A DNA stretch of 62,387 bases, counting the filler, from Sluysia triapertura (Eukaryota): assembly GCA_046118255.1 (NCBI GenBank). It is 5 parts of 5 records of this genome, joined end to end, with 100 filler letters (N's around TTAATTAATTAA, not from the genome) between each part and the next. Parts side by side here need not be neighbours in the genome. Positions count along the whole stretch, not along the records: positions 1 to 14,308 come from JBJNIA010260179.1; 4 more parts are not named here. One strand, written 5' to 3'. The translations under genes were made by a program, and so were the position numbers. Below are positions 1 through 13,008 of this stretch, one piece after another (within the stretch, counting starts at the first letter, position 1; each line of letters begins with the position of its first letter). The notes beneath the pieces are model-generated. The model was not told the DNA's origin. It searched no databases and saw only the letters and a program-made list of their open reading frames with translations.

Positions 1-1034
1 TTGTACACTTCAATTAAGTTCGCACATACTGGCTACCTTTAAAAAATGAATTACTATGTTATAAAAATTATATAAATTATAATATATTAAAAATATATTT
101 TAAGAATCAGTACAATATACAAAATTGACATATCCTATCGAATCACCAATAGAAATTCAACTTCCACTTAATACTTAAAAACTAGATTAAGCTTCTAGTT
201 TAGTTGTTAATTATGAAAACTTGCTGAAAATTATTTCAAACTATTTCTAATATAAATTTAGAAAAAATAAATTCAAGATTAAATTTTAAACAATTAATGT
301 ATAACAGACACTAAACGTGTTTTTGAAGAAGTACACGAGACGTAGCGTGTATCAAAAATTTGAAACAATAATTTTGAGCTTAATGTTAATAATTGCAATT
401 TTTATAAAATACGATATTACTGTTTCTGTGATAATCAGTAGCAATAATTTACAATACAAAAACAAATATGCTAAAAGAAATCAATGTAGGTCTCTGAAAC
501 TATTTTAAAATAATCAAATTTTGGTAGAAAATACCTTATTATGAAGATTAAAAATATCCTTATTCGTACATCCTTAATATGATTACTAAATACGACATTA
601 TTACCAACGAAACCAGATTCGAACAAAAGAATAAAGGCATTTATGACTCAGTAAGAACCTATTTAATTTAAGATTTACTTTTCTATGTTATAATCGATTT
701 CATCGTAAATAAATCAAAAAAAACAAAAAATAAGAAATAAGTTTTGAAAAATGTAAATATTCCAGAAGGTCAAAACTGAAATTGTTCAAAGGTGCAAATT
801 AGTTGAAAGCAATGCAAACCATAATTGAAATCAATTTTTAGACAAACAAAACTTGCTAAGTGAATGTAGAGTTTTTTAATACTTAATACTTAACAATTCA
901 TATTAAATTCTTGACATTATTTTCTGCATTTATTAATAATAAAATTTGTATAAATGAAATATACAATCAAATTCAGATTCATATGCAATCCAAACAATTA
1001 TTATTCCTATTATTAATACAAATATTACTAGTAC

Positions 1035-1062
1035 TAATAATAATAATAATAACAACAACAAC

Positions 1063-1106
<44 letters not shown>

Positions 1107-1122
1107 TAATAATAATAATAAT
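1035..1122. repeat. (AAT/AAC)n microsatellite
   Basis: Direct reading. Confidence 0.95.
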
Positions 1123-1819
1123 CTAAACGAATAATACAAAGTTTTTATTATTTCATTATGTAGTTTACAATATGTATTTTAAATTTTAGTCGAAAATTTA
1201 ATTAAAAATTAAAAATTAAAAATTAAAATTTTGAATAACGAATATATTTACATTCATTAATGGAGTTTTATATAATAAAAAGAAAAAATTAAGTTTAACG
1301 ATTATTATTTGCAAATAATTAATTAATTGTATAAATTAATTTGTGCAGTTCTGATGTCTACTATGATATATTATGATAAATATTGTATAAAAATAAATAA
1401 ATATTTTAAAATCAAATTGTATCTTTACTTTACTATAACTGAAAATATACATGAAAATTCAATTAACAATTTTAAATGTATCTTTATAAACACTTTTATA
1501 TAATAAGAGAAAAGTAAGAAATAGCAAATAAATATGAAAAATGAAGTCAAAAATCCTTCAAATTTAAACAGCTTCCAGAAGATATCACGGATGGAGTACA
1601 TGTGCCAATAAAACATGAAAAACTTGTTAACCAATAGAAGATGTAAATAAAATACATAATTAGAAAGCATAAGCAAAATATATTACTAAACAATAATGTG
1701 AATGTAATTAATTAGTAGATAGAGCTGTTTAATATTTATTTCGTAGCTGATATTAGAGTGATATAAATTAATATATAATAATATAAATATTATTATTATT
1801 TAATGGTATATCTACTAAC

Positions 1820-2078
1820 TTCTGTTAATTCTTGTCGATATCGATTTAAAATTCGAGTAGCTTGAAAAAACGCTGCATCATTGTCAAACAAAATTAAATT
1901 TGATGATAAATGATTCGATAATACACATCCTAAATTAGGAACAAGAAATTGCTTATTTGATAAATTATAATCAGATATTTGTACATTCCACTTCTTGTTT
2001 ATTACAGTAGCTGTAATTCGATCAATATTGCCAGTTAAGTAATCAAATATTCTCACTATATCCAGTTGATTTGATATG
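1820..2078 (-). CDS. fj: Four-jointed (Fj/FJX1)-like Golgi kinase, catalytic exon
   Basis: QLDIVRIFDYLTGNIDR…W…PNL…LILFDNDAAF matches Fj/FJX1 QWTDLILFDYLTANFDR…W…SNL…LVFLDNEAG; tatag acceptor, GTTAGT donor. Confidence 0.8.
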
Positions 2079-2583
2079 CTATAATTAATTAAAAAATAAA
2101 ATTATAATAAAAAATAAAGCTTATATCTTAAAATTTACAAAATTAAGTTTAAACCTTATTTTCTAACCCTTTTAACCTAACCTAAAATCAAATTAAATAT
2201 TTATGAATAAAAAATTAATAATTATAAATACAATTTTCATTAATTAAAATTTTATTGTTAATTTATTAAAAAATCAAAAATGTTAATAAGTAATTGTAAA
2301 TTACAAATATAAAATTTATAATGTAACATGATTAATGAATCGTAATAAAAATTAAAATTTACAATATTAATTATTTTACATTTTAACATTTTAACAATAA
2401 ATGTCCTTTAGAACCGTCAAAGTTAAATAAATAAAATAAAAATAGTAATTGAAATTTGAAATTAAAAAATGTTACTGACCAATTGAATTACAGAAAATAA
2501 AAAAATTCATAGATGTGTTTTTCTTTTCTTTTTTTAGTTTGTTTTTATTGTAATCTTAATTTAGTAAGTTGCATATTTTATAT

Positions 2584-2588
<5 letters not shown>

Positions 2589-2653
<65 letters not shown>
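2589..2653. repeat. (AAT)n microsatellite
   Basis: Direct reading. Confidence 0.95.
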
Positions 2654-2655
<2 letters not shown>

Positions 2656-2951
2656 GAATGATAATAATAAATTGAAAAGTAAATAAACTAATGATAAAAA
2701 TAATATTTGAATAAATATTCTTGAAATAATATCATTCGTTTATATAAAAAAACTAACGCGATTTTCAATAATAGTAACTAATTCTTTCTTTAAAACATTC
2801 ACATTTAAAAAATGTTCATTAAGTTTTCTCCTCTCTACACTATTGTCTTTCTGAAATAAATTTTATATAAAAAAAATTTTGCATTGTATTTAATAATAAA
2901 ATATTTAGTATTTAGAAAATGTTTAACCAAAAATAAAATAAAAATGTCACA

Positions 2952-3096
2952 TTAACACGTTTGCTACCAGTATCACATATATGCGACGCATCAGCTCTTG
3001 CTTTTGAACCCGGCGTCGCAACTGTGTAGCATGTCTACCTTATCAATATTATTTAGAAGCCGGGCTCAAAAGCAAGAACTGGTAACCATCATGTTG
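2952..3096. mobile_element. Foldback MITE with a piggyBac-like TTAA-CAC end
   Basis: ttaaCACGTTTGCTACCAGT pairs with ACTGGTAACCATCATGTTG; internal inverted pair TCTTGCTTTTGAACCCGGC / GCCGGGCTCAAAAGCAAGA. Confidence 0.6.
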
Positions 3097-5760
3097 CGCA
3101 AAAATGAAATTCACATTAATATTCCAAAATTATTTATTCTAATGTACCAGTGATATAAGTTACCGTTATTTTTGTTATCATTATATTTCAAAATATATGA
3201 TTGCATTGTGGAAAACACTGCTTTAATCAATTATTTATTATTTTTCGAACTATCAAGTAAAAAACGACAAGACCAAATATTTTTAAAATGTCTGCAGAAT
3301 GTCTCTATTCTTGTTAAGAATAGAGTGAGCGCACTCGTTTTAGAAATAATTTCTGTTAAGTAACAACTAATTTCGAATACATTAAATTTTAATGAATTTA
3401 CCACATCTAAATATCGTTCCTAATTTTTTCTTGTCAAAAATTTATCAAGTTGTTTGATACTTTGCTCAGTAAATGAATCTGATTATAGCAGCAGTTACAC
3501 AGTAGCACATGATGATGAAAATTCTATATTGAGTTGAAATAGCTCATATCCTGTATACAAAGATATAAAAAATGTGCATTATAAGCTTGTATTTCAAAAA
3601 ATACAATGATTGGATAATAAGAAATAAATTAAATTTGTATAGGCATAATGCATAAGGAATTTTAACTTCAAAAATAATTTGTTTTTAATTAGATTATTTT
3701 GATTCTGGTAATACTTATATTTTATTTTTAAGCATTTCATTTTTCACATTCAATTTGTTTGTTTATTATTATTTTTACTATTCATTTAGAAATGCCCATT
3801 TTTGGAACACTATGCTTCTTTATTCCATGGAATCAATTTTTTGAAAGTCATTTTCTACCGGCTATTGACATTGGCTAATATTTCAATTTCAATAATTTTA
3901 TTAAAGATGAGAATTTACGTAGAAAATTTTCCCGATGTTAATGAACAAAATGATAACACCTGTTAATTTCAAGATTATTCTGGTAAATGTTGGAAAATAA
4001 TGTTTAGCCACATTGTAATGTTAGAAAATTGAACCCAAATTCGAAATATTTAATTTATTAGTTTTAATATGTGCGAGCAAAAAATTTTAAACATTTGTTT
4101 GTTTATCTGTGAATATGATGCAAAAGTGATAAAGATAACTTATTTGTTTAATTTGATTGAAATTGAAATATTATTGGTAAATCTTAAAATAAAGATGTTT
4201 TCTCAATATAAAATCACTATTTTAAAGATGCCATTATTTTCGTTATCAGTAAGTGCAAGCTATATATTTGTCATGTTCTAATGACGATAAGCTACAAAAA
4301 TTAGATGAAAAGCAATAACCAAATTTAATATGTTAGAGAAATTATTGTTTCTTCGCGAGACACTTGACTTTTATATGATTTTCGATGCTTATTTTAAAAA
4401 AAATACTCATTTGGTTTGCTTTTCGAAATAAGAATAATTTGTTGTATAAATGAAAATGATCGAAAAATAATTGTAGTTGCCGTACTTCGAATATTTCCTG
4501 ATCAAAAATGGGTTAAACATTTGAATTACTTGCAGCAAAAATGGAATCTGATGATGAATATAGTTCTTTATAATTATATTATTAGATAATAATTATATTA
4601 TTATCACTTACACACTCAGAAGAAATAGAAACATCTTTGACACACCAAAAAAACAATTTATCACAAATATGTTAATCACAATATGTTATACCTAAATTAA
4701 AAATAACATATTTTCTACAAAAGCAATGAGAATATCCATTCTCTTTTCTTTTCCACTCTTATTCAAAATCCATTTCTTTTGTCCTATTTTATTTGCAATT
4801 ATTGAGTCATGTATTGGAAGATGTTGATGAAAGCGATAATGACAAAGACAAAGCGTGTTATTCTGATTTTTCTACTAATATAAAATTTTATATGATGTGT
4901 CGATTCCGATTGTTCAACTACTCGGTTAAAAAGAATTGTTTGTTATTAAGAATTATTATTATTATTATTACTATTACTATCACTTAAGTAAAATATTGTC
5001 TTATATTATCGAATTCAATTTTTATTATGTTTTAATTAAATCTTTTAGTTCACAACGAAATATTTGTATTATGATTTAACAAAATCGAAGATGTTAATAT
5101 TTATTTTTATATCTTGTACAATATTCCTGATCTTATTTAAGTCAAGAGCCATTTTGTCTGCATTACTATTTTTATTTTACTAATTTTTAATATTGTTTGT
5201 CGAAAAGAGTTCTATTTTATTTAATACGTCATCTAGTAAAAATTTTTTAGATGAGAATTTGGTAAATGCAATTATGTTAGAAAAGTGCTTTAATTATGAT
5301 ATAATGCGATACAACCATAATATATTGTGAATGTTTCCGTAATATGTCATGTTCTTTGATAGAAGTTTATGAAAGCTTTAATAGAAAACATATAGATTAT
5401 GTTTTGACTGTTTGTAATAGACTTATGCAGGTACCTAAAATTTACGTTATATATGTAAAATTAAATTACGGTAATTACCTAAATGTTGCACACAAACATG
5501 TAAAAGATAATATAATTTACGCTTATCAGTTGTACCTAACATAGCTGCTACTATTGATTTTGAAGTTAGTATTTTATCTTATTCTCGATGTATTCAATAT
5601 ATCGTACTACTTTTTTGACCATCTTTTATGCACATCTTTCACAACTGTTCTTAATACGAAATATCATTCCTTACATTACGTTTGTAATAAAATCCACAAA
5701 CATTAACTAGTAGTCACTCATACTTTGTACAATAATTCACCAACATCGATCTTAATCGAA

Positions 5761-5824
5761 AGTGATAAGATATCCGAAATAAGTGATAAGATATTAGATA
5801 AGTGATAAGATAAGTGATAAGATA
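5761..5824. repeat. Short tandem AGTGATAAGATA repeats
   Basis: Four copies within 64 bp. Confidence 0.85.
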
Positions 5825-6157
5825 TTCGACCATCAAAAATAAATAAAGTTAAATCCAATTCTGTAAGTAATCTAGTAAAACTATGTACATCATTTTTATT
5901 TTCACATAACTTGGCATTCTTACAGGTCCGTTATTATTGGTACTCGACGTACTGAGACAAGTGTTATTAGCTTAAAATGTTATTTCTGCTTTATTTTTAA
6001 TCGCGATAAATCAATAATTAAATTTTTTTGCTAACTGTACAAATTAAAAAGTAACAAACATAAAATCAAATATTCTGTATAAAATTATTTAATCGGACTG
6101 AATTGTTTTAATTGTTTTACTCACTAAAATGAATAAAGTTTAAGAATTATTTATAAG

Positions 6158-6454
6158 ATGGAGAAAAATAATTTATCAAATACGATAATCATTATGGATA
6201 ATGCACCTATAAAAAAATCACATCTTGCATCTAATATGTCAAGAATAATCATTCCACCTTATTCTCCACAATTTAGTCCAACTGAAGAAGTATTTTCGAA
6301 ATGGATAAATATAAAATCTGTAAATTGTCAAGCAGAAGATCAATTAAAATTGAAAATAATGCAATCATGTTTGGATATCAGGAAAGATTGTAATTCATAT
6401 TTTAGGTATACGCGCGAATATTTAATAAGAGCAATTAACAATGAGCCCTTTTAA
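6158..6454 (+). mobile_element. Tc1/IS630-type transposase C-terminal fragment
   Basis: IIIMDNAP…IPPYSPQFSPTEEVFSKW carries the second D and the E of the DD34E triad. Confidence 0.85.
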
Positions 6455-6814
6455 ATAAATAAATATTGTAATTTTATTAAAGGGTATGAATGTTCAGTTA
6501 TTTTGGAGTTTTTTATTTTATTGAATAATATATAAGCAATATAATTACAATATTCTAATTAATTTCTAAAAAGATTAATGCTTAAATTATTTGACATATG
6601 GATTAAATTATGTGAAAAACCCTGTAATTAATACTATAATGATGTCAATGATCCGCATTTGTGGACAGTAAGTTCATTAATAGATTTTTTTCATGGAAGT
6701 AATTACTTAAACTTTATTGAAAAACATAATATATTTGTACAAAAAAAATAAAGTGATAAATTAAAATTATCTTATTTAAAACATTTGAATAAAATTTCAA
6801 AAATATCTACTAAC

Positions 6815-7462
6815 CATAATAATATTACAAACGGCTTGCATAGATATGTTATTATCATTAAAAATAGCTTCCAAAACCACTTGTTGAATATCATTTTCTT
6901 TAGCATGCTGTATTAACATTTCCCACTCTCTGCAAGGTTCATATAATCGACAAGTGTAACAAAATTCATCGAAATTATCATTCAACATACGCCATTCTAG
7001 ATGATAATTATTCGAATGACTTATCGAATTTTGGTCAGACGATAACTTTTTTTCATCAATATTCTGCTTTTTCAATATCCATAATCCGATACTAGAATCA
7101 GTGGAAAAATTCAAATTCGAGTAACTGATTGCAAAATCAATTAAGTCCATATTAGTATTAGAATCGTTAGACGTAAATATCAAGTTGAATTGTTTATTGT
7201 CTTCTGTACGCTGATTTGGTGGTAAAACTTTAAATATGAACCAATTTCGAAGAGTAGCATTACCGAGTCGAGAGTGAAAATATATTAGTACTAAATCATT
7301 CAAATCGTCTTTTGTAGATACTAATGAATCATTAAAGAAAGATTTTATTCGATGAGTTGCTATCAAACTGGTATAATTAATAGTTGAAGGGCTACGATTA
7401 AATGATGTATTTGTTTCTAAACCATACTGCAATAAATCTTCTTCGCCAATAACACATTTATT
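6815..7462 (-). CDS. NBEAL1: NBEAL-like internal exon (NKCVIGEEDLL…DNFDEFCYTCRLYEPCREWEMLIQ…AVCNIIM)
   Basis: 648 nt open, tacag acceptor, GTTAGT donor; C-terminal part resembles NBEAL TFFEDFQAFCATPEWRHFI…FWNAC, which lies upstream of PH-BEACH. Confidence 0.65.
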
Positions 7463-9677
7463 CTGTAATTAAAAAAGTTATGAACTCTAGTCCTGTTTTT
7501 CTTAGTAACCAATGTAATTCCTTAAATGTTTTATTAAATCTCATTTTCGCACTTTTCTGCGCGGAACTGAGTACAATAAAACCATTATAATAAATTATTA
7601 ATAAAAAATGTTTAAAAATTATTATCGATTTCTTATTTTCGGCTACTTTTTAATAAAACTTAAATGTTTCAAGACTAACCTAAAAAATTCGAAAGTTTGG
7701 AATGAATAAATGTTTTGTAACATAATATTTATTAAATTTTGATTAAAATAAAAATTATCTTTAAAAATCAAAATTAAAATCATTTTCATTAAGATTATAA
7801 TGTTTTTGTCAATTTAAAATGAGATTCAATAGAGTTAATATGAATTCAAAGTTTGATAACAAATAACAATTAGTTTTAGATTAAAATAAAGCAAATAGTC
7901 ATTTTAAAGTGAGATTTTAGAGAAACAACAATATTAAATTTTAAGAACATAAAGATTACTGAATTGAATTGAGATTGAGTAAAATTACTATGCAATAAAA
8001 ATTAATAACATTATTCTCCATAAAAATTAACCTAAATTAAAGATTGAGAGAATGATGTTAATCAAAGTTTAAAAGCATTATAATCGGAAAAAATTATAAT
8101 AAAATACGATTAAATATAATTTGTATATAATTAAAATTTAATAAAACGAAAGGCAACAGATATTATTCATGATTACCACATTTTTAAGAAATTATTTTTT
8201 ACAGTAATTTATTATTATTATTATTGGATGTACATACAGAATTATTATATAAAACTAACTGCAATCACTAATATTGAATACAATAATTATATATACAGAA
8301 TTATTTAATATAAATAATTATTTAATATGTATACTGAATATATATAGAATTCATTTATATTGACATTGAACAAATTATATATTAGTTTGGAAATTATATG
8401 GAATTAATTAAATTATCGATTATTATTGGAAATTTATTATATAAGAAATCTGAACTAATCGTATAAAAGGGAGTAAACCCAGTTCAACACACACAAAAAA
8501 ACAAAAAGAAAATTAGCAAGTCATTCGAACGTTATTTACGAGCTAAACTTGTTGGTGCGTGAATATCTCCATTGGCTACAAATTATCTAATTTATTGGTG
8601 CTCGGTTTCGTATAGTGATAAAGCCATGACATACGTTATTCAATCGACTAATGTATCAATTCACACATCAAAAAGAGTTCTAACTTTTAAATAGTAAGTG
8701 ATTTTGTTGCCTTTTATTTGATATATTTTAGTATTATTAAAATTAAATTTGTATATTTTATAAAATTAGTATATTTTCTTTATCGATTTGATTTTTCTTT
8801 TGTTGTTTCATACAAAAGTTGAGAGTAGTGCTCCAAAAGAAAACACAAAGTACAATATATATATATATATATAAATTTAATAAAAGCATTTTAAGTAAAC
8901 CGAATATTTGCTTGCGATTCCATTCCCTAGCATCGGAACGAGTATTCGAACTCAGACTGTAGATATACTGAAATAAACAATAATTGAACAATATTTTTTG
9001 TTTCGAACCTTATATTGAAAGTCTACTTGTTTATGGCTACTGAAAGTGCAAATAATACGTTATTAATAAGAAAAATTCGTTAAAATTATTTTCAATAAGA
9101 AAATACATAGTGCTGAGATTGATTGTAGAAATTGTAGATTGAATTTAACATCCATATATAGAATAAAAATAAACTTAACACAACAATGAAACGTGAAAAA
9201 TTAAAAAACATCTTGTATTTTATTTTCATGATAATGTCCCAATACAAAGTGCAATAAAATTGAAATAATTTATAGAAAAATTAGAATTAATTAAAATATC
9301 ACATATAGTCTTCACTTGATCCCAAGTAATTTTTGGTAGTTTAAGTTCCTTAAAAAGTTCTTGACAAAAAGTACTTATTGTCAATAAATACTTTGAAAAG
9401 TTAAGAAATTTCTATACTGGAAGATTTAAGATCTTGCAGTTCGGTGGAAGAAATTTATAGAACGAAGTAATTTTAATATTGAAATCTGATGCCTATCAAT
9501 GTTTTGTTAAATGTTTGTTAAATCTTCTGTTGATATCTATTAAAGGCAAAACCTAAGTATCAAAAAATAATAAGTAAATTCTATTACACATTTGAAAGTA
9601 AACAGAAAAATTTAATATTTCAAAAAGTGATACATCATAATATTAAAAAAATAGTTTCAATTTTAAAATAAACTTAC

Positions 9678-10034
9678 CAAATAATCTGCAGTAATTTGGC
9701 TACAACATAATAATAAATCACTTAATAATTCCATATCGGCAACCTGAGTAATCAATTCTGAAAACGGTGGTGGTATAATAGGTTGACTATTACTATGACT
9801 AGGTTGTAAATAATTATTACAATTTTCTATTGTCCAATCATTAGTCATTAATATATATAGTTCGTGATGGTAGCACGACAATAATGATTGTAAATAACAA
9901 ATTTCACTGTGTTTTAAACCTTGTAAGCGATGCGAATGTACAGTATTTTTAAGAAATTTTAATATGGTCTTTGTTAAACTGTTTGCGTCAAAATAACTTG
10001 ATCGACAAAGAAAAAATAATAATGATTTCAAGCT
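9678..10034 (-). CDS. Probable NBEAL-like internal exon (SLKSLLFFLCRSS…QITADYL)
   Basis: 357 nt open, tttag acceptor, GTAAGT donor, phase 0-0. Confidence 0.7.
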
Positions 10035-10134
10035 CTAAATAAAATAGATAATTCAAAATTAAAATACAAATCATAAATATATGAAAAATTTTAGTACTGA
10101 TAAAATTTGATTTTGTGTGATTGTTACTATGTAC

Positions 10135-10441
10135 TTATTACAGAATAGCTTTTGGGTTTCATGGCTTGAACAAATATTATCAAGTGATTTTCTAGGTACT
10201 TTATCAAGATGTTTAACGTTAACAGCTATAATTGTAAGATGCGAAACTTCACTCATGTTTAATTGTGCTTTATAATTAAGTATTATTAAATGGCCATCAT
10301 TGTTGTTTCATATTTGATCTTAAATCATGTACTAATACCTTGACTCGTATTTTTATTCTATTTCTCAATTGTTTACAATAATTTTATTCAGATCAACTTT
10401 ACAGTTATCTACATCTTTTTGCGGTAAGAGTCAGGCTAATC
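10135..10441 (-). pseudogene. Degenerate four-jointed-like middle exon
   Basis: Follows a 39-nt intron; early TGA and a stop-rich middle; last ~55 codons open (…TIIAVNVKHLDKVPRK…KLFCN) with a phase-2 GTACAT donor that matches the 2078 exon. Confidence 0.5.
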
Positions 10442-10480
10442 CTGAAACAAAAATAAACAGATCGAATAATTAATGAATAC

Positions 10481-10685
10481 CAGCGGCAGTATGTGGATGT
10501 TCCAATCCTAACATCGGGACTATTGAGAATTGGGCAACGGAATGTATCTCGTGTCTGCACAAACGCGGTGTACAAACACAAGCCTCGAAGAAGTTGGTAA
10601 AAAATAATCCAGTCTGAGCCATTTTAGGATCATATGACTCGGATTTTATAATACGAATTTTAGCACCATGAACTAAATTTGGTCC
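10481..10685 (-). CDS. Four-jointed-like N-lobe exon (GPNLVHGAKIRII…FTNFFEACVCT…HEIHSVAQFSIVPMLGLEHP)
   Basis: 205 nt open exon with AG/GT borders, absent from the ORF track; resembles FJX1 FADGTRACV…EQIQGEALSYYLARLLGL. Confidence 0.6.
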
Positions 10686-10729
10686 CTAATAATCATCAAC
10701 AATTAATTTATTGCATTTAGTTGTGACCA

Positions 10730-11345
10730 AGAATTTACAAAATCGTTATAAAAGACTGAGTTGTCAGATATGTTGGATGATCGATCTGATTAGAACTGGT
10801 ATTGATAAAGTGTGATATTTTTTGAATTTTGCTAGTTTTGTTATAGTTAATTCGTTCAAAGTCAAAGTGAGTAGTGATGAATAAGAAACAAATTGGTAAG
10901 CAATGGGTAACGTTTCTTCATCATCATAACGTTTCTTTCATCATAGATAATAATGTTACATGCATAAGTTTCCGGTTCCCTAGAATAAATCTTCATTGGA
11001 ACAGATACACACATAACGCCAGTGTTTTTATTAAAGAGACCCAAATTTCTAGATCCATGTGCTTCTATAATTTTTCCTAATAATCTTCATGAATTAATTA
11101 CATTAATTAATTATTTAGTTACATCAGTACCCATGGGCTTTTCATTATTTTAGATACATAAGAAATCTATGTTTCTAATGAATGTATAATGGCAATAATA
11201 GGAAAATTGTAATATGTAGTTGCATATTCATCAAATGCTAAGAAAACCAAACTGTCACTATTTGAGATGGTCCCAGTATTTATATTATCTATATACCAAC
11301 TACTACAATGACTTGACTTTCTTACACTTACAAAATTGTAACTAT
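10730..11345 (-). pseudogene. Degenerate exon-like segments upstream of the fj-like exons
   Basis: Two AG/GT-bounded, mostly open segments (11131-11345 with one TAG; ~10730-11076 with a stop/frameshift and a small internal duplication) separated by ~50-nt introns. Confidence 0.35.
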
Positions 11346-12767
11346 CTTAGAAAGAATAAGCAAAATGACAGATTATATATAGTATATTAAAAATATTTTC
11401 GTTTCATAATTTAAACTTATTATTGTTATTTCAGGAACATCATAAACTAGACAAGATATACAGATAATAATTAACAATCCTGGTCTTTTAGTGATGTTTG
11501 GATTAATTTTATTGTTTTTGGCGGTTGTTTTGATTTTGATAAACATAAATTATTAGTTATTAATTTCTTTATATTTTATTTTATGTGGGTCACGAGCAAT
11601 GACGTATTAGATAATATAAAGCAGTGCGTCGTGTTTGTAATATAATAACATTGTGGGTAAGTGTTTGGGACATCACTTTGTTAAAATTTTTTAGCAATAT
11701 TACTATTAAAAAATCTTTTATTAACTGTTAGTTTTTCTGAATTTATTTTGTCTTTCTTATTTTTCTGCTTGTTTAAAACATGATATTGCATAGATATAAA
11801 ATATTTAATATAAAAATAAGGATACCTAGAGTTATGGTTGCGAATTTTGTTGAGTGTTGACTCCTTTTTTGAATAATCTTTAATTCCCTTAAATCTTTCT
11901 TTTATTTCTTTTTAACTTACACCATGATGTTAACATATTAAAAGCGTATATGATATGAATTGCTTGAGTTGTAGGTTGTCTGTAGAATGAATTTGCAAAA
12001 TGAATTTGGTATTGTATATTACTTTTCATCTTATTTGATATTCTAAAGATGAATTCCTGAGATGAATTCTTGAATTATGTTGACTTCTTGCTTTAATCTT
12101 ATATGAATATAAATTGTTTAAGTTTATAGATAATTTGTAGGGTTAATTTGTCCTATGTAATGTTATTGTCAAATGGTTTACACTTAGAATGTTTGATAGA
12201 ACAACGTTGTGAATTGCTTGATTGTGAAAGCTGTAAGTTATAAAGTGTGAGAATGGTTGTGGAATGGTTAATCATTGTTTGATTTAAACTGGGAATTTTG
12301 TTAAGTTAAAATCTTCGTATGAGCTGTGAATTTGTAATAAAATCATACGTAAAGAATTTCACTTCTACATTTGTGTGTTAGTTTCGGAGAACTTGATTCC
12401 AAAAATAATGCACATTTATCGTATAAAATCTCATTATATCGTATAAAGATTTTAGCTTGATTTATATTTAAAGAAAGAATTAAGAAATGCCATCTATTCA
12501 TTTGAGACTTAATTTTCACTACATTCCTCCTATAAATCATCCAGTGAATATATTTATGTTGGTCAAAACCAATCAAAAAGAAAAGAAACATATGCAAATA
12601 TTTTCCTTGTGACAGAGACTTGATAAATGTTTTAATTTCAAATTTCTTTGGCTACGCAGGGAAAGATTATGGGTTTGAATTCCGGTTTGGTTACAGAAAC
12701 ATTTTACATATTCGAAATTTACAATAATAAATATGACGATAAAAAGTATATTATTCATAAAACGTAC

Positions 12768-13008
12768 CGAAATCAATTCATTATCGGTAAATTGTGCATT
12801 GTAAGCATCATCGATTAATATAAATACTGTATCGATTAGAGATTCGTTTCCTTCGATTTCACTTATATCTTGTTGTATTCGCGAGTAGTAACATTGAATT
12901 AATGAACTTAATGAATTCACTAATTGTTTTAAACTGAAATTACAAAAATAGTAAAGTATTAGTGAAACATTTTTCACTTCTTTAATTTCTAAAGTAAGTA
13001 TGTCTTTC
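12768..13008 (-). CDS. Probable NBEAL-like internal exon (…LKQLVNSLSSLIQCYYSRIQQ…TDNELIS); alternative acceptor at 12933
   Basis: Open frame, GTACGT donor at phase 0 that joins the 10034 exon; two in-phase AG acceptors (13008, 12933). Confidence 0.6.

Noticed and set aside
911-1139. Poly-Ile/Leu/Asn ORFs (also 41735, 47792, 61336, 16860)
   Set aside because: Translations of (AAT)n microsatellites or antisense shadows of real exons.
1572-1637. Plus-strand LPEDITDGVHVPIKHEKLVNQ* after an AG
   Set aside because: Too short, and no partner exons were found.
10135-11345. Stop-codon reassignment or A-to-I stop rescue to explain in-frame stops
   Set aside because: All three stop types occur together with frameshifts, while long neighbouring exons are stop-free under the standard code.
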